This document shows positions 37,345 through 48,996 of a stretch of 64,000 nucleotides of DNA, piece after piece. Source of the stretch: Rhizodiscina lignyota. Taxonomy: Eukaryota. Within the stretch, counting starts at the first letter, position 1. Each line of letters begins with the position of its first letter. The position numbers were made by a program, and so were the translations under genes. The stretch spans positions 310,001 through 374,000 of the forward strand of contig ML978134.1 in assembly GCA_010015805.1 (NCBI GenBank). Reading direction: 5' to 3'. Under the pieces are notes generated by a model. That model searched no databases, was not told the origin of the DNA, and was given only the letters and a program-made list of their open reading frames with translations.

Positions 37345-39422
37345 ATGGCCACACTATCGCTCTGTGTAGCAGTCCTAGGGGCGGTGCTACTTGCCCTCAC
37401 CGGCAAGGTAGACGCGACAGTACAATCAGTTGTCATTTTCGCCAGAACTGGAGAAAGGACGCCGATTGTTGGACCGGACGATGTGAGGTTGACGAGCACT
37501 GGTGCTCAGCAAGCTTTCTCATTGGTACGTAGACGAGTTATGTACGATGTCTGTCTTTGAATGCTCTCCAAAGAATTCTTCGCTGTTGCTCTTGGCTTGA
37601 TACGTGGGATTTGATGCTTGTAATTGCGGCTGCGTAAAGCGAATGCATTGGATTCCCTAACGTCTCACCAGGGCCAACAATTCCGCGACCGCTACGTCGT
37701 GAACAATGACAGCAACTCTAACGCCTTCGCTCCCATCAATAACCTGAACACCAATCGCGCCGATCGAGAAGAGACGGTGATCCTGGTTCCAGATAATGAA
37801 TACTTTCAGGGATCCGCGCAAGCGTTTATGCAGTCTTTCTATCCACCTCACAAGCCAGAGGTTGAGGAAATCACCGACCTGTCGCAGATCCTCTCAGATA
37901 GCTCCGTCGTCGACAACCCTCTCAATGGCTACATCTACCCGCTTATCCACACCTCGTCCGACTTGGATCCGAACAGTATTTTCGTAGCCGGCGCTGACAA
38001 CTGCGTGACCTGGGCCGTGTCCGGATCTGAATACCTCGGTGATCCACAGTTCCTTGCGACTCAGAACGCCACAGTGAACTTGTATGACATGATCGGCATT
38101 GACGTACTCGCCTCTCTCTTCCCAGAAGGCAGCTGGGGCTACTACAACGCATACGCCATCTACGACTATGTGCGGTACCAGTACGTGCACAATTCGACTG
38201 TGTTCAAGATGTTCAACGACACTGCCTCGCTAGCAGTTCTCTCAGAGCTTCGCTGGTTAGCTGACCAGCATGAATGGGCGCTCAATGGTGATCAGAGCCC
38301 TAGTGGCATAACTGAGGGTGACAAAATCCGCACCATTGGTGGACAGACTCTTGCGGCCAAAATATTGGGTTTCCTGCAAAACGTAAGTTTTCTTAATGTG
38401 GACCATGTTTTCCCGGAATGAACAAAATACTGAATGGTACACAGAACGTGGCAACGTCAGGTGCAACCAACAAGCTCAACCTCATGGTTGGCGAATACGA
38501 CGTAATGCTCGCCCTCTTCTCCCTCCTCTCCCTCCCGGAGATCAATCCCGACTTCATGGGCCTACCCGACTTTGGCTCCGCACTCGTTTTCGAGCTCTTC
38601 GACCTCACAGGTAACGGCGACGGAGACGCTCCGGCTTCACAAGCTACGGCAGCCAACTCGACCTATCCGAACTCCGAGGATCTCTGGGTGCGCTTCTACT
38701 TCCAAAACGGCACTTCTTATGGTCCCGGCCTGCCTACCGATTCGCCCGATGACTCACGCGACTACCAGGCATACCCAATGTTCGGCCTCGGTCCGAGCCA
38801 GACGAGTATGCCATGGGCAGATTTCGAGGTCGCGATGGATCAGATCATGCTCAGCGACGTGGGCGGCTGGTGCGATGCCTGCTCTGCGTTCAGCGTCTTC
38901 TGCGCCGCATACACTAGCGACGACTCGTCGAGTGCGTTGGATTCTTCAGGGAGCGGAAGCCATTCGAACATGTCTCCGCAGGTTGCAGGCGTCATCGGTG
39001 CAGCGGTCACGCTGGGCGTGACGCTGATCGCAGCACTCCTCTTGCTCCTGTTTGGAGTCAGATTCAGACGCCAGCAGAACGCGTGGAGCAAGAAGCCTTC
39101 CGACCTGGGCGGCTTCAAGGGCAGCGCGAAGCTCGCGAGCGATCAGGACTTGACGCTGCCGAAGAACGGTGCCCCGATGGGAAAAGGTGGCGCTACGGTG
39201 CAGAGTGAAGCAGTAGGAGTGGCGGGAGCAGCAAGGGGCCATGAGAGGGTGGGAAGCTGGGAGTTGAAGGAGCCAAGCAGCCCAAGGAGCATTGGAGAGA
39301 GTCTTGGGAAGGACATTGAGGCGGGTTTGAGCTTGCCCAGAGAGGATGAGGGAAGGAAGAGCTTTGATGTGGGTGATGACGTGGGGTTCGCGAAGCCGGT
39401 TACGGCGAGAGAGAGCATTTAG
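37345..39422 (+). CDS. Type I membrane protein of the histidine acid phosphatase superfamily, with a non-canonical active site
   Basis: Signal peptide, VVIFARTGERTP...LTSTGAQQAFSLGQQFRDRY, introns 37525-37671 and 38383-38444, LPDFGSALVFEL, WCDAC...FC, TM helix VAGVIGAAVTLGV..., cytosolic GGFKGSAKLASDQDL and HERVGSWEL. Confidence 0.88.
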
Positions 39423-39783
39423 ATGGCATAAGAGCGGTAATTTCTTTTACTTCGATATACCCGGTTTGGAAATGATGTATATGACTTTGGAGTTTAGGAA
39501 AGGGGGATGGTGGAGTTGCTCGTCATGATTCTCACCATCTCCATGTATACACGAAGATCATGAAATATAGAGACATAAATGACACCAAATTTCCGAAAAT
39601 TTGAACAAGAACTGAACTAGAGTATCATTCCAGCAAAGTCTTTTGGAGACTCGTGGGACGTGTAGATTATGGGACCGGACGGGAGAGGCGGCCAACCTAA
39701 CATGTCTCGGCAAACTCCGCAGCTCGAGTCTTCCGAAGCTGCCAACCTGAACTTTTTTTTCTGGACACCATCTATAGCAGAGC

Positions 39784-41491
39784 ATGGCAGACAGCGACCC
39801 CAAAGCGGGCGCATCTCAACCCCAAAATGCAGGCTCTTCAGCCTCTGCAGCCAAATTGGCTGCCCCTAAGGCTGTGCCAAAGCAAAATCCTGCTTTCGCG
39901 GCAATGGGTAGGGCATCCCCAATCTTGCCTTCGAAGAAGCAATTGAGGCAGCGAAACTAATCATCATATCTCAGGCCTGCCACGCCTCAGACTCCCCTCC
40001 CGCAATTGGATGATATTCCTTTCCATCGTCGGTGCTTGGACTGCAGCGGTAACGTACGACCGTCTCGAGAAGAAGCGCATGCGACAGAAATGGTGTCGGC
40101 TGGTCGAAGGACTGGCGAAGGAGCCGCTGCCGTCGAACATGATGGATCGCCGAGTCACTATCGTCTTAGGAGGCCCACCGGCAGATGGCGTCATGACTGC
40201 GCGCGAGCACTTTCATGAGTATGTCAAGCCGGTGTTGGTGAGCGCGGGCTTGGACTGGGATGTCGTAGAGGGGAGGAGGGAAGGAGATATCAGGGCTGGA
40301 TTGGCGGAGAGGGTGCGCAAGAGGAGGAAGATGGCTGGGGAGGCGGGAACACAAGGAGAAGAGGAGCTGCAGGAGGATACGGAGGTATTGCTGGACGATT
40401 TGAGGAACAGGATGGGCACGAGGGAGTGGGATGGGATTGCGGGAGATGTGGTAATTGGGAGACATGCTTGGAAGGAGTATGTGAGAGGATTGCATGAAGG
40501 TTGGTTGGGACCTGTGGACGATCCTAAGCCTGCAAAAGTTGAGGAGGTTCCTGCAGTTGCCGATGGGTTCGTTGCAGAGGCATCAACCCAGCAGGTGTCC
40601 TCTGATGCGGCATCGAGCCCGACTCAGACTCTTGATGCATCTGACGCTGATCCTTTGATGATGCTTAAGTCAGGGGACGAAGCATCTCCCACCTCCGATA
40701 CCTCTTCGTCCGAAACGCCGGATTCGGACACCACGTCTGCAGAGCCCAATAAGGAGGAAGAGAAGCCTGAAGAGAAGTCGAAAGAGCAACCGAAACGAAA
40801 ACAGCCCGATCCATTCATATCACCTGTAGAGTATCCTTCCGCCGTTCTCTCACCATCCTGCCCACCTATCCTTGGACCATCTACTCCAGTATCCTTCCCT
40901 CACCTCCTCGGCTTCTTCAACTTCCCCATCAGAATATATCGGTTCCTGAACAAGCGCCATCTTGCTGATGACATTGGACGACAAGTCGCTGCTGCCGCGC
41001 TAGGAGTATATCGACCATACGAAACAACCACATCCGAATTCACGTCAGATCCAGCATCTGAGTTCTACCCTCCGCCAACCTCGACATTACCGCTTGACAT
41101 CTCTTCCGAAGACGGAGATGGCACTGGGAACCCATCAACACAGCGCCGTCTCGGCATAGACGGCGAACAGAAAGCCATCCTTGAGCACGAGGAAGCCGAA
41201 TGGCACAAGTCAGCGCGCAAGCGCGATGAGGACGAGCCGGGCAAGGAGCGTGTCTGGATCGACGACATGGTGCTAGATCCGCGTATTGCAGCACGTATGC
41301 AGAGGTTTGTGCTCTCCGTGGAGGATGAACAGAGGGCGAAACAGATAGCGGAGGCGCTAAGCAGGGAGAGGTGGCAGAAAGTGTGGGATGTACCTGCAAG
41401 AATAGTAAGAGGGGCGCGTTTCGCTCTGGGACTTGGACCCAAAGAGAAGTTGCCATTGGAGACAGTAGGGTATTGGGATGAGGATTCATGA
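39784..41491 (+). CDS. TIM54: Mitochondrial inner membrane translocase subunit Tim54
   Basis: NPAFAAMG/LPRLRLPSRNWMIF (intron ~39908-39974), REHFHEYVKPVL, GRREGD, IGRHAWKEYVRGLHEGWLGP, LGFFNFPIRIYRFL. Confidence 0.95.
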
Positions 41492-42239
41492 TGCAGAGAG
41501 CTTGAAACCGTGGAAGATAGGAAACGAGAAGGACTAGTAGATTTTTGTAGTATAATTGTAGTATAGCTGGGATTCTCTTCTCTTGAGCCTTGCTGTAAGG
41601 CATTATGAATAACTTGGAAAGAAGGCAATGTAGAGACTCCTACAGTTATCGAACCGTCTCTGAAGGAAGCGTATAACCATCAGCTCACCCTCCGTCGTGC
41701 ATGTGCACTTGTAGACGAACGTCAGGGAGAGGTAACCTGTCATGTCTTGTCTAAATAGCGATAGATATAGAAGGATAAAGTGACACCATACAAAGTCCAT
41801 TTCTGCTTTTGGTCGGAAGTTACACAGGGGTACATGTATAGCATAAGCGCTAAGTCAACAACCTGAGCCAAAGTGATTTGACCTTGATGGTGCCTGATTT
41901 TGGGACCCCGAGCAATCGGCCTGCGACATCTTGTCCCATTCGACCTTTCATGCATATTTTCTCAAGCTGTGCATAGATCGCAGCCTTGTCGATTCTGCCT
42001 AAGTTAAATGAATCGGCATCTCCTTGAGATCCCAGCCTGATCAGCGGCAACGATTCCGACATAGTGCACCAGCACGGGTCGGTGCTACTAGGGACGACCG
42101 ACATTTGAAAAAACATCTCTGTACAACTCATTCGCGGAATCTGAAGTGTGAGATTTATCTGAAGTGACGCGAGAATCTAACTACAAGAGTGAACTGTACA
42201 GGCTAGAGAGGAATACCTTTGAACAGAAAGAGTAAATCA

Positions 42240-44910
42240 TTAGTCCTTCCTACTTATCGTAGTATTCCGACGAGCCGCCCTTGTCACCGAGAGCCAGATG
42301 CCCATAAAAACCTTGATTGTAGGAGTCACTATATTGTTCTTCGCCATATCGGTCAACTTCCACTGCTTGTTCTTTTTGTCGACGAAACAAGGCCCAATAA
42401 ATTCTGCTCCAGCTTCAGGAGGTTGGATTTGGTCAATGTCTGTTGAGAAGACTAGCCTGTGTGTACACCCTGATATTCTGTATTGCTCATCACGCACGAT
42501 TCCTAAACTGATAGGGTACAGATACGCATCAGAATCGTCTTTTGGGCGCTGACATACGGTTCTGATGGCACTGCTGTTGAAACCCATCAGCTGGAAACCG
42601 GGCGGGATGTCGACGTAATGTCTCAACACTGAATTCACCAACAAAGCTATCACTAAGCCTGCAGCAAGAGTGATAGCTAATATTGACCCAAGAATAGAAG
42701 ATCCCCGACCGGTGCCATCGTATACAGGCAATCTCCCGCCATCGGCGCCGGGACCAAAGGAGCTGGATTGGACGACGAAAATGCTTTGAGAAATCAGCCA
42801 GTGCAGTAGTATGGAGCAGCCCATGAGGGGTCCAGAGTATTTCCACGGGAGAGAGAGGAAGTAGGAGGATCGTTGCATTCCGATAGGCGATGATACACGC
42901 AAGGGTTTCTTCCCGTCTTTGCGTAGGAAACGTATCCATTCGTCCGCAACCACTTCCCTCGTGAGAATATTGTTGTAAAACAGATAAAGAAAGCTGACCG
43001 CCAATTGGGGACTGTTGGCAATCAAAGTATTGCCTAAAAGGATCTTCAGGTTGGTAGTGCCATCCGTATGCAGAAAAGGACCTAGTCCTGTATGCGTAGT
43101 CGCTGCATTACTTTTGAAGCCTTGTTTCCAGATGCCAGAAGCACTCATATCAAGCCCGAACTTACGCAAAGACACGATGGGTGAAGCAACAAAGTAAGCT
43201 GCAACTGCCAAACCCGTGACAAACCTCATTCAACACGTTAGCATTGAAGCACTAAGATTCAATTGCTGTAACTTACAATAAGATTGAAAGAATCCAAGCT
43301 GGAAAGGTAATAGCTCCAGACCAGGGAATGCGGTTCGGGTGCCAGACTGCCAGCTTTGCTTCAACGAAGTCCGGCTTACGCGTCATCGCCGCACTCTCAG
43401 CATGAGTTGAGCTCGGTGATTCCAGAAAATTGTGGATTGTATCTCCTAGGGTTATCATAGTCCTCCTATTCTTCTTGTCTTTCTGGGCTTTAACATCGTG
43501 ACGATGTTTAAACCACGTCCACCCTATGAGTAAACTCGAGATTAAGGTGCACACGCACACAAATGCCAAAATATCTGCGCTGTAGTGTAGCCCGCACCTC
43601 TCTTGGTTGTTAGCCTCGTCTCCAGCCAAGCAATGATCTACCGTTATCCTCAGTTGGTCGCGCCGCAAAAGCTGCCAGTGATCCGCAAACGTGGCCGCAA
43701 ACTCTTCATTGCAATTATATTGGTCCTGTGTCTGTGCAGAGCATATCCACCAGGCCGAAGTTTGCCAAGACTGCCACGCTGACACCCAGCCGTCAATCAA
43801 CGATGAGCCATTGTTCATCAGGGACGACATATTGCCAGCAACAACGATGAGCTTGCTAGTTGAGTTCAAAGGGTTGATATACCGCGCAATACAATCCCTC
43901 GTATCGAGGCGAGTGAAGTTGGGTGCAGCGATCTGTAAAGAGTATATGAGTGACTTATTGAGTGCCGCGTTTCCGTAGTTAGGGTTAGGTTTCCAGAACG
44001 AGAAATGTCCTAGCGGATCGGAAACCGTCCAGTTATCTCCTGCTACCATAAAGTCATCCGTGGCTATTGCGCGCGGTATCGCGGATACGGGTATAGACGT
44101 GAAGATGGCCGAGTTCCAACTATATTGGTGCAATGACATGGTCAGCCTGTTTCCCGCAACAAGTAAAAGATGAATGAAAAGCAAAGGCCAGCTTACAATA
44201 AATGTAATATGGTTGAAACCAGTCCAAGAATGGCGTAGATCAGGACTCTTTGCCGCTGGATATATCGCAAGTTCTTGATGCTAGGAACCCCGATTTCTAG
44301 TGAGACGCCCATGGAGTGTGCTCGATCAATTTCCTCTCGCGAGGGTGCGACAAGAACCTGCATGCAGTAATTTCCAGCTCCGAGAAAGAGAGATGAAATG
44401 ATATTCAACCCCACATGCAAAGCATTGTTAATGATGCTTACTTTGTTGCAGTTGCCAAGTGTGAACGTTCCTATTTGTCGAGAGTCTGGCGGGTAAGACG
44501 AGACTGCGTATGTTATGATGCCAATATTAGCTGCGAAAACTAAAAAGGCGGCAACCGTCTGTATCCTGAGCATTGTCGTTCTCTTCGCCATTTTCACTCT
44601 TAACGTTATTGCACGTTCATGTGTCGGGTCAAGTTCTGGGATGTACTTTTTCAAAACCTCCGTCTTCGCATAGCGGCTGGATCTCGTTCAGTCAGCGATA
44701 CCGTGTTAAATAGCTAAGAGGTAAGCTGATGGTTGAGTACTCATTAGAGGTTCCAAATTCCGCCAGTAGTTGAGTTCGTTCGCCCATTTCTCGGTCCTCT
44801 GGTGCAGCGGCTTCTGTTTCCCAAGATTGTGCCATGCCTTCACCTTCTGCTGCCCACGATTCTCGGTCGCTCCCTGACCCCTCCATTGCATGTGCAGCAC
44901 CATTAGACAT
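42240..44910 (-). CDS. Polytopic fungal membrane protein (DUF6536-like)
   Basis: Four exons. HVGLNIISSLFLGAGNYCMQVLVAPSREEIDRAH..G.SLEIGVPSIKNL, LHLL.NSAIF, TLGDTIHNFLE.P, IANSPQL..SFLY, KPLRVSSP.G.QRSSYFLSLP.KY, LHWLISQSIF. The first-exon boundary is approximate. Confidence 0.82.
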
Positions 44911-45159
44911 CGCTTGGATAGTAGCTATCTGTTGTCAGGTCCGTTCACGGAATGCTCAGGTCGAGGAGTCGCTTCGCGTCCTTAGACGACAGTACAATTG
45001 TTGCAGCACATGAAGCTGGTAAATTGTCTTCAGAATCACGAAAATGGATCATGCACTGAAATATGACCAAGAAAAAGAAAGGGGGGGGAAAAAGGGAAAA
45101 AAATAGTAATTCTGAGCGAATGAGCACTACCATATCGTAGAGAGCTGATGGCAGTGCCG

Positions 45160-45243
45160 GGCAAATGCGAGGCAGTGCTGGTCATTTCGATGCTTCGCAA
45201 CCTATAATCAATACGGAGTAGCCGCCCGGCAAATGCGAGGCAG
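45160..45243. repeat. Perfect 16-bp direct repeat GGCAAATGCGAGGCAG (two copies) upstream of the DUF6536-like gene
   Basis: Copies at 45160-45175 and 45228-45243. Confidence 0.75.
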
Positions 45244-45485
45244 GCAGGGCAGATTTAGCATATTTCGCTCCTGTATCAAAGGGCGCAAGTTGTGCAGCAT
45301 CCTTCACAAAGATTTTAATTATATTTTCCTAACCATCCTTTAAATTGTAACAGTGACTTATACATTTACGAGGCACTCATGATGACAATGTGCGTCGGAT
45401 CAGGGCGCCGAAGTCTCGATGGATTCCGACGTTTCAATACACTCGGTTTCGATATTCAGGCTGGGATACCGTTTGAACACCCCTT

Positions 45486-47141
45486 TCACGCCTTCAAGAA
45501 CTTCTCAACCTCATCCAAGAAGCCCTGCTCATTCTCCACCATGGGCAAATGGCCCGCGCCCGCAAGAACCACGTACTGAGCCCCTGACTTGCCGTATTCC
45601 TTCGACATCTTCTCCATCGTGGCTGGCATCGCGCCATCCTTCTCACCAGCCAGGTAGGTGCACGGCAAGTCGCTCTTCGCAGCCTTGTCCTTAAGATCGT
45701 ACACCCACAGCGCCTGAACACAAGCCTTAAAGCCATCCAGTGACCAGCGCTCGACCATGCCCTTGACCTTCTCTGCCACAGGCAGGAACTCAGACTTCTT
45801 ATACGACTCCGGGTTGAACCATCTCCGGACCGTGAGCTCCGCGAGTTCGGACCCAACGATCGTTTCCCCCGCCTCGTTAGTGGCGCCCTGCTTCTCCGCT
45901 ATAGCGATGCGCTCCTTCCACGCCTTATCATTACCTGGGACTGCAGATGACGCCGTATCGCAGCTAATGAACCGTGCCACGCGCTGAGGATTCGATATCG
46001 AGGCATTGAGCACTGTGCAGCCGCCTAGGGAGACGCCAATCATCAGGGCCGCCTTTGGGACTCTTACCGCGTCGAGCAGGCTTATAATATCTCCTGCCAG
46101 AACGTCGACGTTTATCGGCTTTGTGCCATGTTTCGCGTAGCGCCCGCGCGTGTTGTAACGCAGGATGCGATAGTTGCTATGCTTGGACAGGAATGTGCTG
46201 ACGAAGTTATCCCAAATGCCCCATTCTGTCAGGATGGCGTTGCTGAGCAGGATAAGCGGTGCATCCTGATCCCAGGAGCCTTCTAGGCGATATGAGATTT
46301 CGACACCGTCGGGAGTTGTGATGTAGGATTCTATCGCTGGGAATGCGACACCTGTGCTTGCGGGGAAGCTCTTGGTCTTGCCGTCTGTTGAGGTCTCCGC
46401 GGGTACGTCAGGAGAGGAGAGAGACGTAAGATCGCGTGGTGCCTGGCCGAAAGTGTAATACAGGCCGAAGACGCGTCGGTGTCGCGCTTTGATCATTTCG
46501 TAGATCTTCTTCGTCATATCTGTCGCTGATGCGGCTTTATGCTCAGGCCCGCCAAGCCCGTTCTCTGGCTCATACTCATGCAACGCCATATACTCAATGT
46601 CGTCTTTGGGCTCGATTGACGAGCTGACGAAGCGTCGTGAGCGTAGCCACCCGGGTACTTTCGACAGCATAGGGACGTGCTCTTCCGTATACCACTTTGC
46701 AAGCTCTGCCGGATCACCACCGGGCTTGAGGTAGAATGATACTTGAACTATGACTCTGTTCTGTCCCTCTTTCACTGTCTCCAATGGTGTCCACTTCTCG
46801 CTCTTCCAATCCTTCACGAGATCGAAGAACTTGCGACTGATATTGATCTGTGCCTTCGTATCACGTTCTCTCTGACTCTCCGCCGGTGGTTGTCGAAGCA
46901 GTGTATACGGCTCCTTTACCAGCTCCTTCATGTCAGTCACATCGTAGATTGCCATCCATTCGTGCTCGCCCTTGCCTGTATCATCAAGGTCGGTTGCTCT
47001 GTATCGGAAGCCGTTGCGGAAGATGGATGGGTGACGCAGACGCAGCGGACCGTGCTCATTGTTGTACCAGTCGTGGAAGCGCGCTGAGGAAAGGGAAGGC
47101 TTGGGCGCCATTGTCACGTAGAGGATGCCTTCGTGTGCCAT
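45486..47141 (-). CDS. chdA: Tandem EthD-like barrels fused to a PcaD-like alpha/beta hydrolase; probable 3-carboxymuconolactone hydrolase/decarboxylase
   Basis: FHDWYNNEHGPLRL and LAKWYTEEHVPMLSKVPGWLRSRRF (EthD-like). Hydrolase half has GVSLGG nucleophile elbow, LAGEKDG, GAGHLP. Lies next to cmcA/prcA. Confidence 0.8.
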   Translation of the reverse strand: MAHEGILYVTMAPKPSLSSARFHDWYNNEHGPLRLRHPSIFRNGFRYRATDLDDTGKGEHEWMAIYDVTDMKELVKEPYTLLRQPPAESQRERDTKAQINISRKFFDLVKDWKSEKWTPLETVKEGQNRVIVQVSFYLKPGGDPAELAKWYTEEHVPMLSKVPGWLRSRRFVSSSIEPKDDIEYMALHEYEPENGLGGPEHKAASATDMTKKIYEMIKARHRRVFGLYYTFGQAPRDLTSLSSPDVPAETSTDGKTKSFPASTGVAFPAIESYITTPDGVEISYRLEGSWDQDAPLILLSNAILTEWGIWDNFVSTFLSKHSNYRILRYNTRGRYAKHGTKPINVDVLAGDIISLLDAVRVPKAALMIGVSLGGCTVLNASISNPQRVARFISCDTASSAVPGNDKAWKERIAIAEKQGATNEAGETIVGSELAELTVRRWFNPESYKKSEFLPVAEKVKGMVERWSLDGFKACVQALWVYDLKDKAAKSDLPCTYLAGEKDGAMPATMEKMSKEYGKSGAQYVVLAGAGHLPMVENEQGFLDEVEKFLKA

Positions 47142-48362
47142 GATGACGAGTTGGGGTGGGTTGACTGCCTAGGAGCTGTATATCGTCAATTCAGGTATGA
47201 CTTCTCTCCTTGACTACGAATTGTGAGACGAGACAGGAATTGAAGGATTTGGAAATAGAGAATGAGCCAAAAAGGTTTTTGATCTGAACGGAGTGTAAAC
47301 ATCCACCTGGGCACATATGCCACTTGGTGTAGAGGGGGATGGCAGCAACCGTTGGCGGGGTGTATGCATCCTATAAGGTCTACCCGGAATGTGGCCCCGC
47401 TGCTAACGGGGACTGACATCTGATTACATGTGCCCAATTCGAGGTGGTGAAGCCGGGCAATCGTGCCGCTGAGGCCTTTGTAATTCGATGCCAGTTCCGA
47501 GTCCGGAGCCGCGCGAGAAAGGACTTCGGAAGAAGGGTCGGCAAATCGCGTTACGTCATCAGGATTCGTTGCGCGTTTACAACGGCTACTCAGAACGGAT
47601 GAACAATATGGAATCAACAGTTTTTGCTACCCCCGACTCATAGTTGACGAGTGTAGTCTGTCGAAGCGGTTACGTGTGTTGAGAGTGATACACCAAGGCG
47701 ACCTGTCTCCCAGCATGATCGCATCGATAGATTCTAGCGCGTTCAAAGCCCAGTTATGTCCATTCAATCAGTTACACCCTCAGTACTTCACCATATCAGG
47801 CCGGAATGTTAGCATCTGCCAATACCCTGGACTACATAACTCCTGAACCAAATGTGGCAAGTACGCGAATCTGCATTTACTCCTACCTTAGTTGCGCAGC
47901 CTCTCATATGTACGACGGATGCTATGTTTTCATTTCAATTAAAGCCGAAATCTCAATCGCAAGAGCATGGGCAATCAAGGAGGAAGTCCAGGTAGTCTAC
48001 CAAATGTTGTATCGACTCCCCCTGAGACGAGAACTGTACTTGGTGCGGAGCATCGAATTCCAACTGCTTCACCTCTCTATTAAACGGCTAACACGACCAA
48101 TACAAGCGCGCGAAATGATTGCTATTAACCTTCATTTCATTTCTGCCCGCATTTCCTTTTCATGGTCCAATAGTATGTTCTCGCGGGGGGCTCACGACAT
48201 CAACGTTAAACATGTAGTTTTCCTATTTAACCTGTCTCTACTCCGTAGACCATCTCCAACTGTCTTTCCTCATCAATCCCACAGCGACAGTATCACAGAC
48301 AAAGATCCGGAGGAGTACGCAAGATCAAAGCCTTTCGATAAACCAAAGGATCAATCAACATC

Positions 48363-48809
48363 ATGCAACTTACGAAACTCTGCCTTTTGGCCCTTAGCAT
48401 TGCCTCCCTCGCAGCAGCCTATGCAGACGCTCACAATGCATCTCAATCTGCCATCCTGGACCCGACTGTGTGCTGGAGACTCTGCCGCATGCGCATCGGA
48501 GGACCCACGAAACATCACGGCAAACTCAAGCTCAATAATGAAGAGTGGCTCATTAGCATGGTGTATTGTGTCCAGGAAGAATGCGGCGATGAGCCAGCCA
48601 TGGAAATCGTTAGGCGAATTGCTCAAGCATTCGACAGATTGGCAGAAAAACAGAAATCGGTGACCATTGTTAAACTGGGGGTTGACGATGACCACTCATC
48701 ATCCCCAAGCCTTGGCGCAAAGGCAGGAAATATATTATTTAGATTGTTCATACTCTACCAATTATTGTCTATTGGTAGACGGGTGGGATTGATTGAGGGT
48801 CGACAATGA
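48363..48809 (+). CDS. Small secreted Cys-containing protein with hydrophobic C-terminus (possible GPI anchor)
   Basis: Clear signal peptide MQLTKLCLLALSIASLAAA; four mature Cys (CWRLC...YCVQEEC); SSSPS followed by a hydrophobic tail; start context ACATCATG. Confidence 0.7.
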   Translation: MQLTKLCLLALSIASLAAAYADAHNASQSAILDPTVCWRLCRMRIGGPTKHHGKLKLNNEEWLISMVYCVQEECGDEPAMEIVRRIAQAFDRLAEKQKSVTIVKLGVDDDHSSSPSLGAKAGNILFRLFILYQLLSIGRRVGLIEGRQ

Positions 48810-48996
48810 TGAAGATGATTATTTTAGGAGGTAATGGGCGCCGAGGCCCCTATGCCTAGCTAGCCATACGCGAAGGGATATGTATGTTCGTAGGTTATAG
48901 ATTTCATTTGCAAATGACCCACTCCGATCTGTACTTGAGCTCTAATTGAACCTCTGCTCTCCGCTCGACGTCATAGTCATTCTGCTAGACCTCCTA

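Noticed and set aside
47806..48663. 285-aa ORF upstream of and overlapping the small secreted protein
   Set aside because: No recognisable motifs, overlaps a better ORF in another frame, and spans what looks like promoter/5'UTR sequence.
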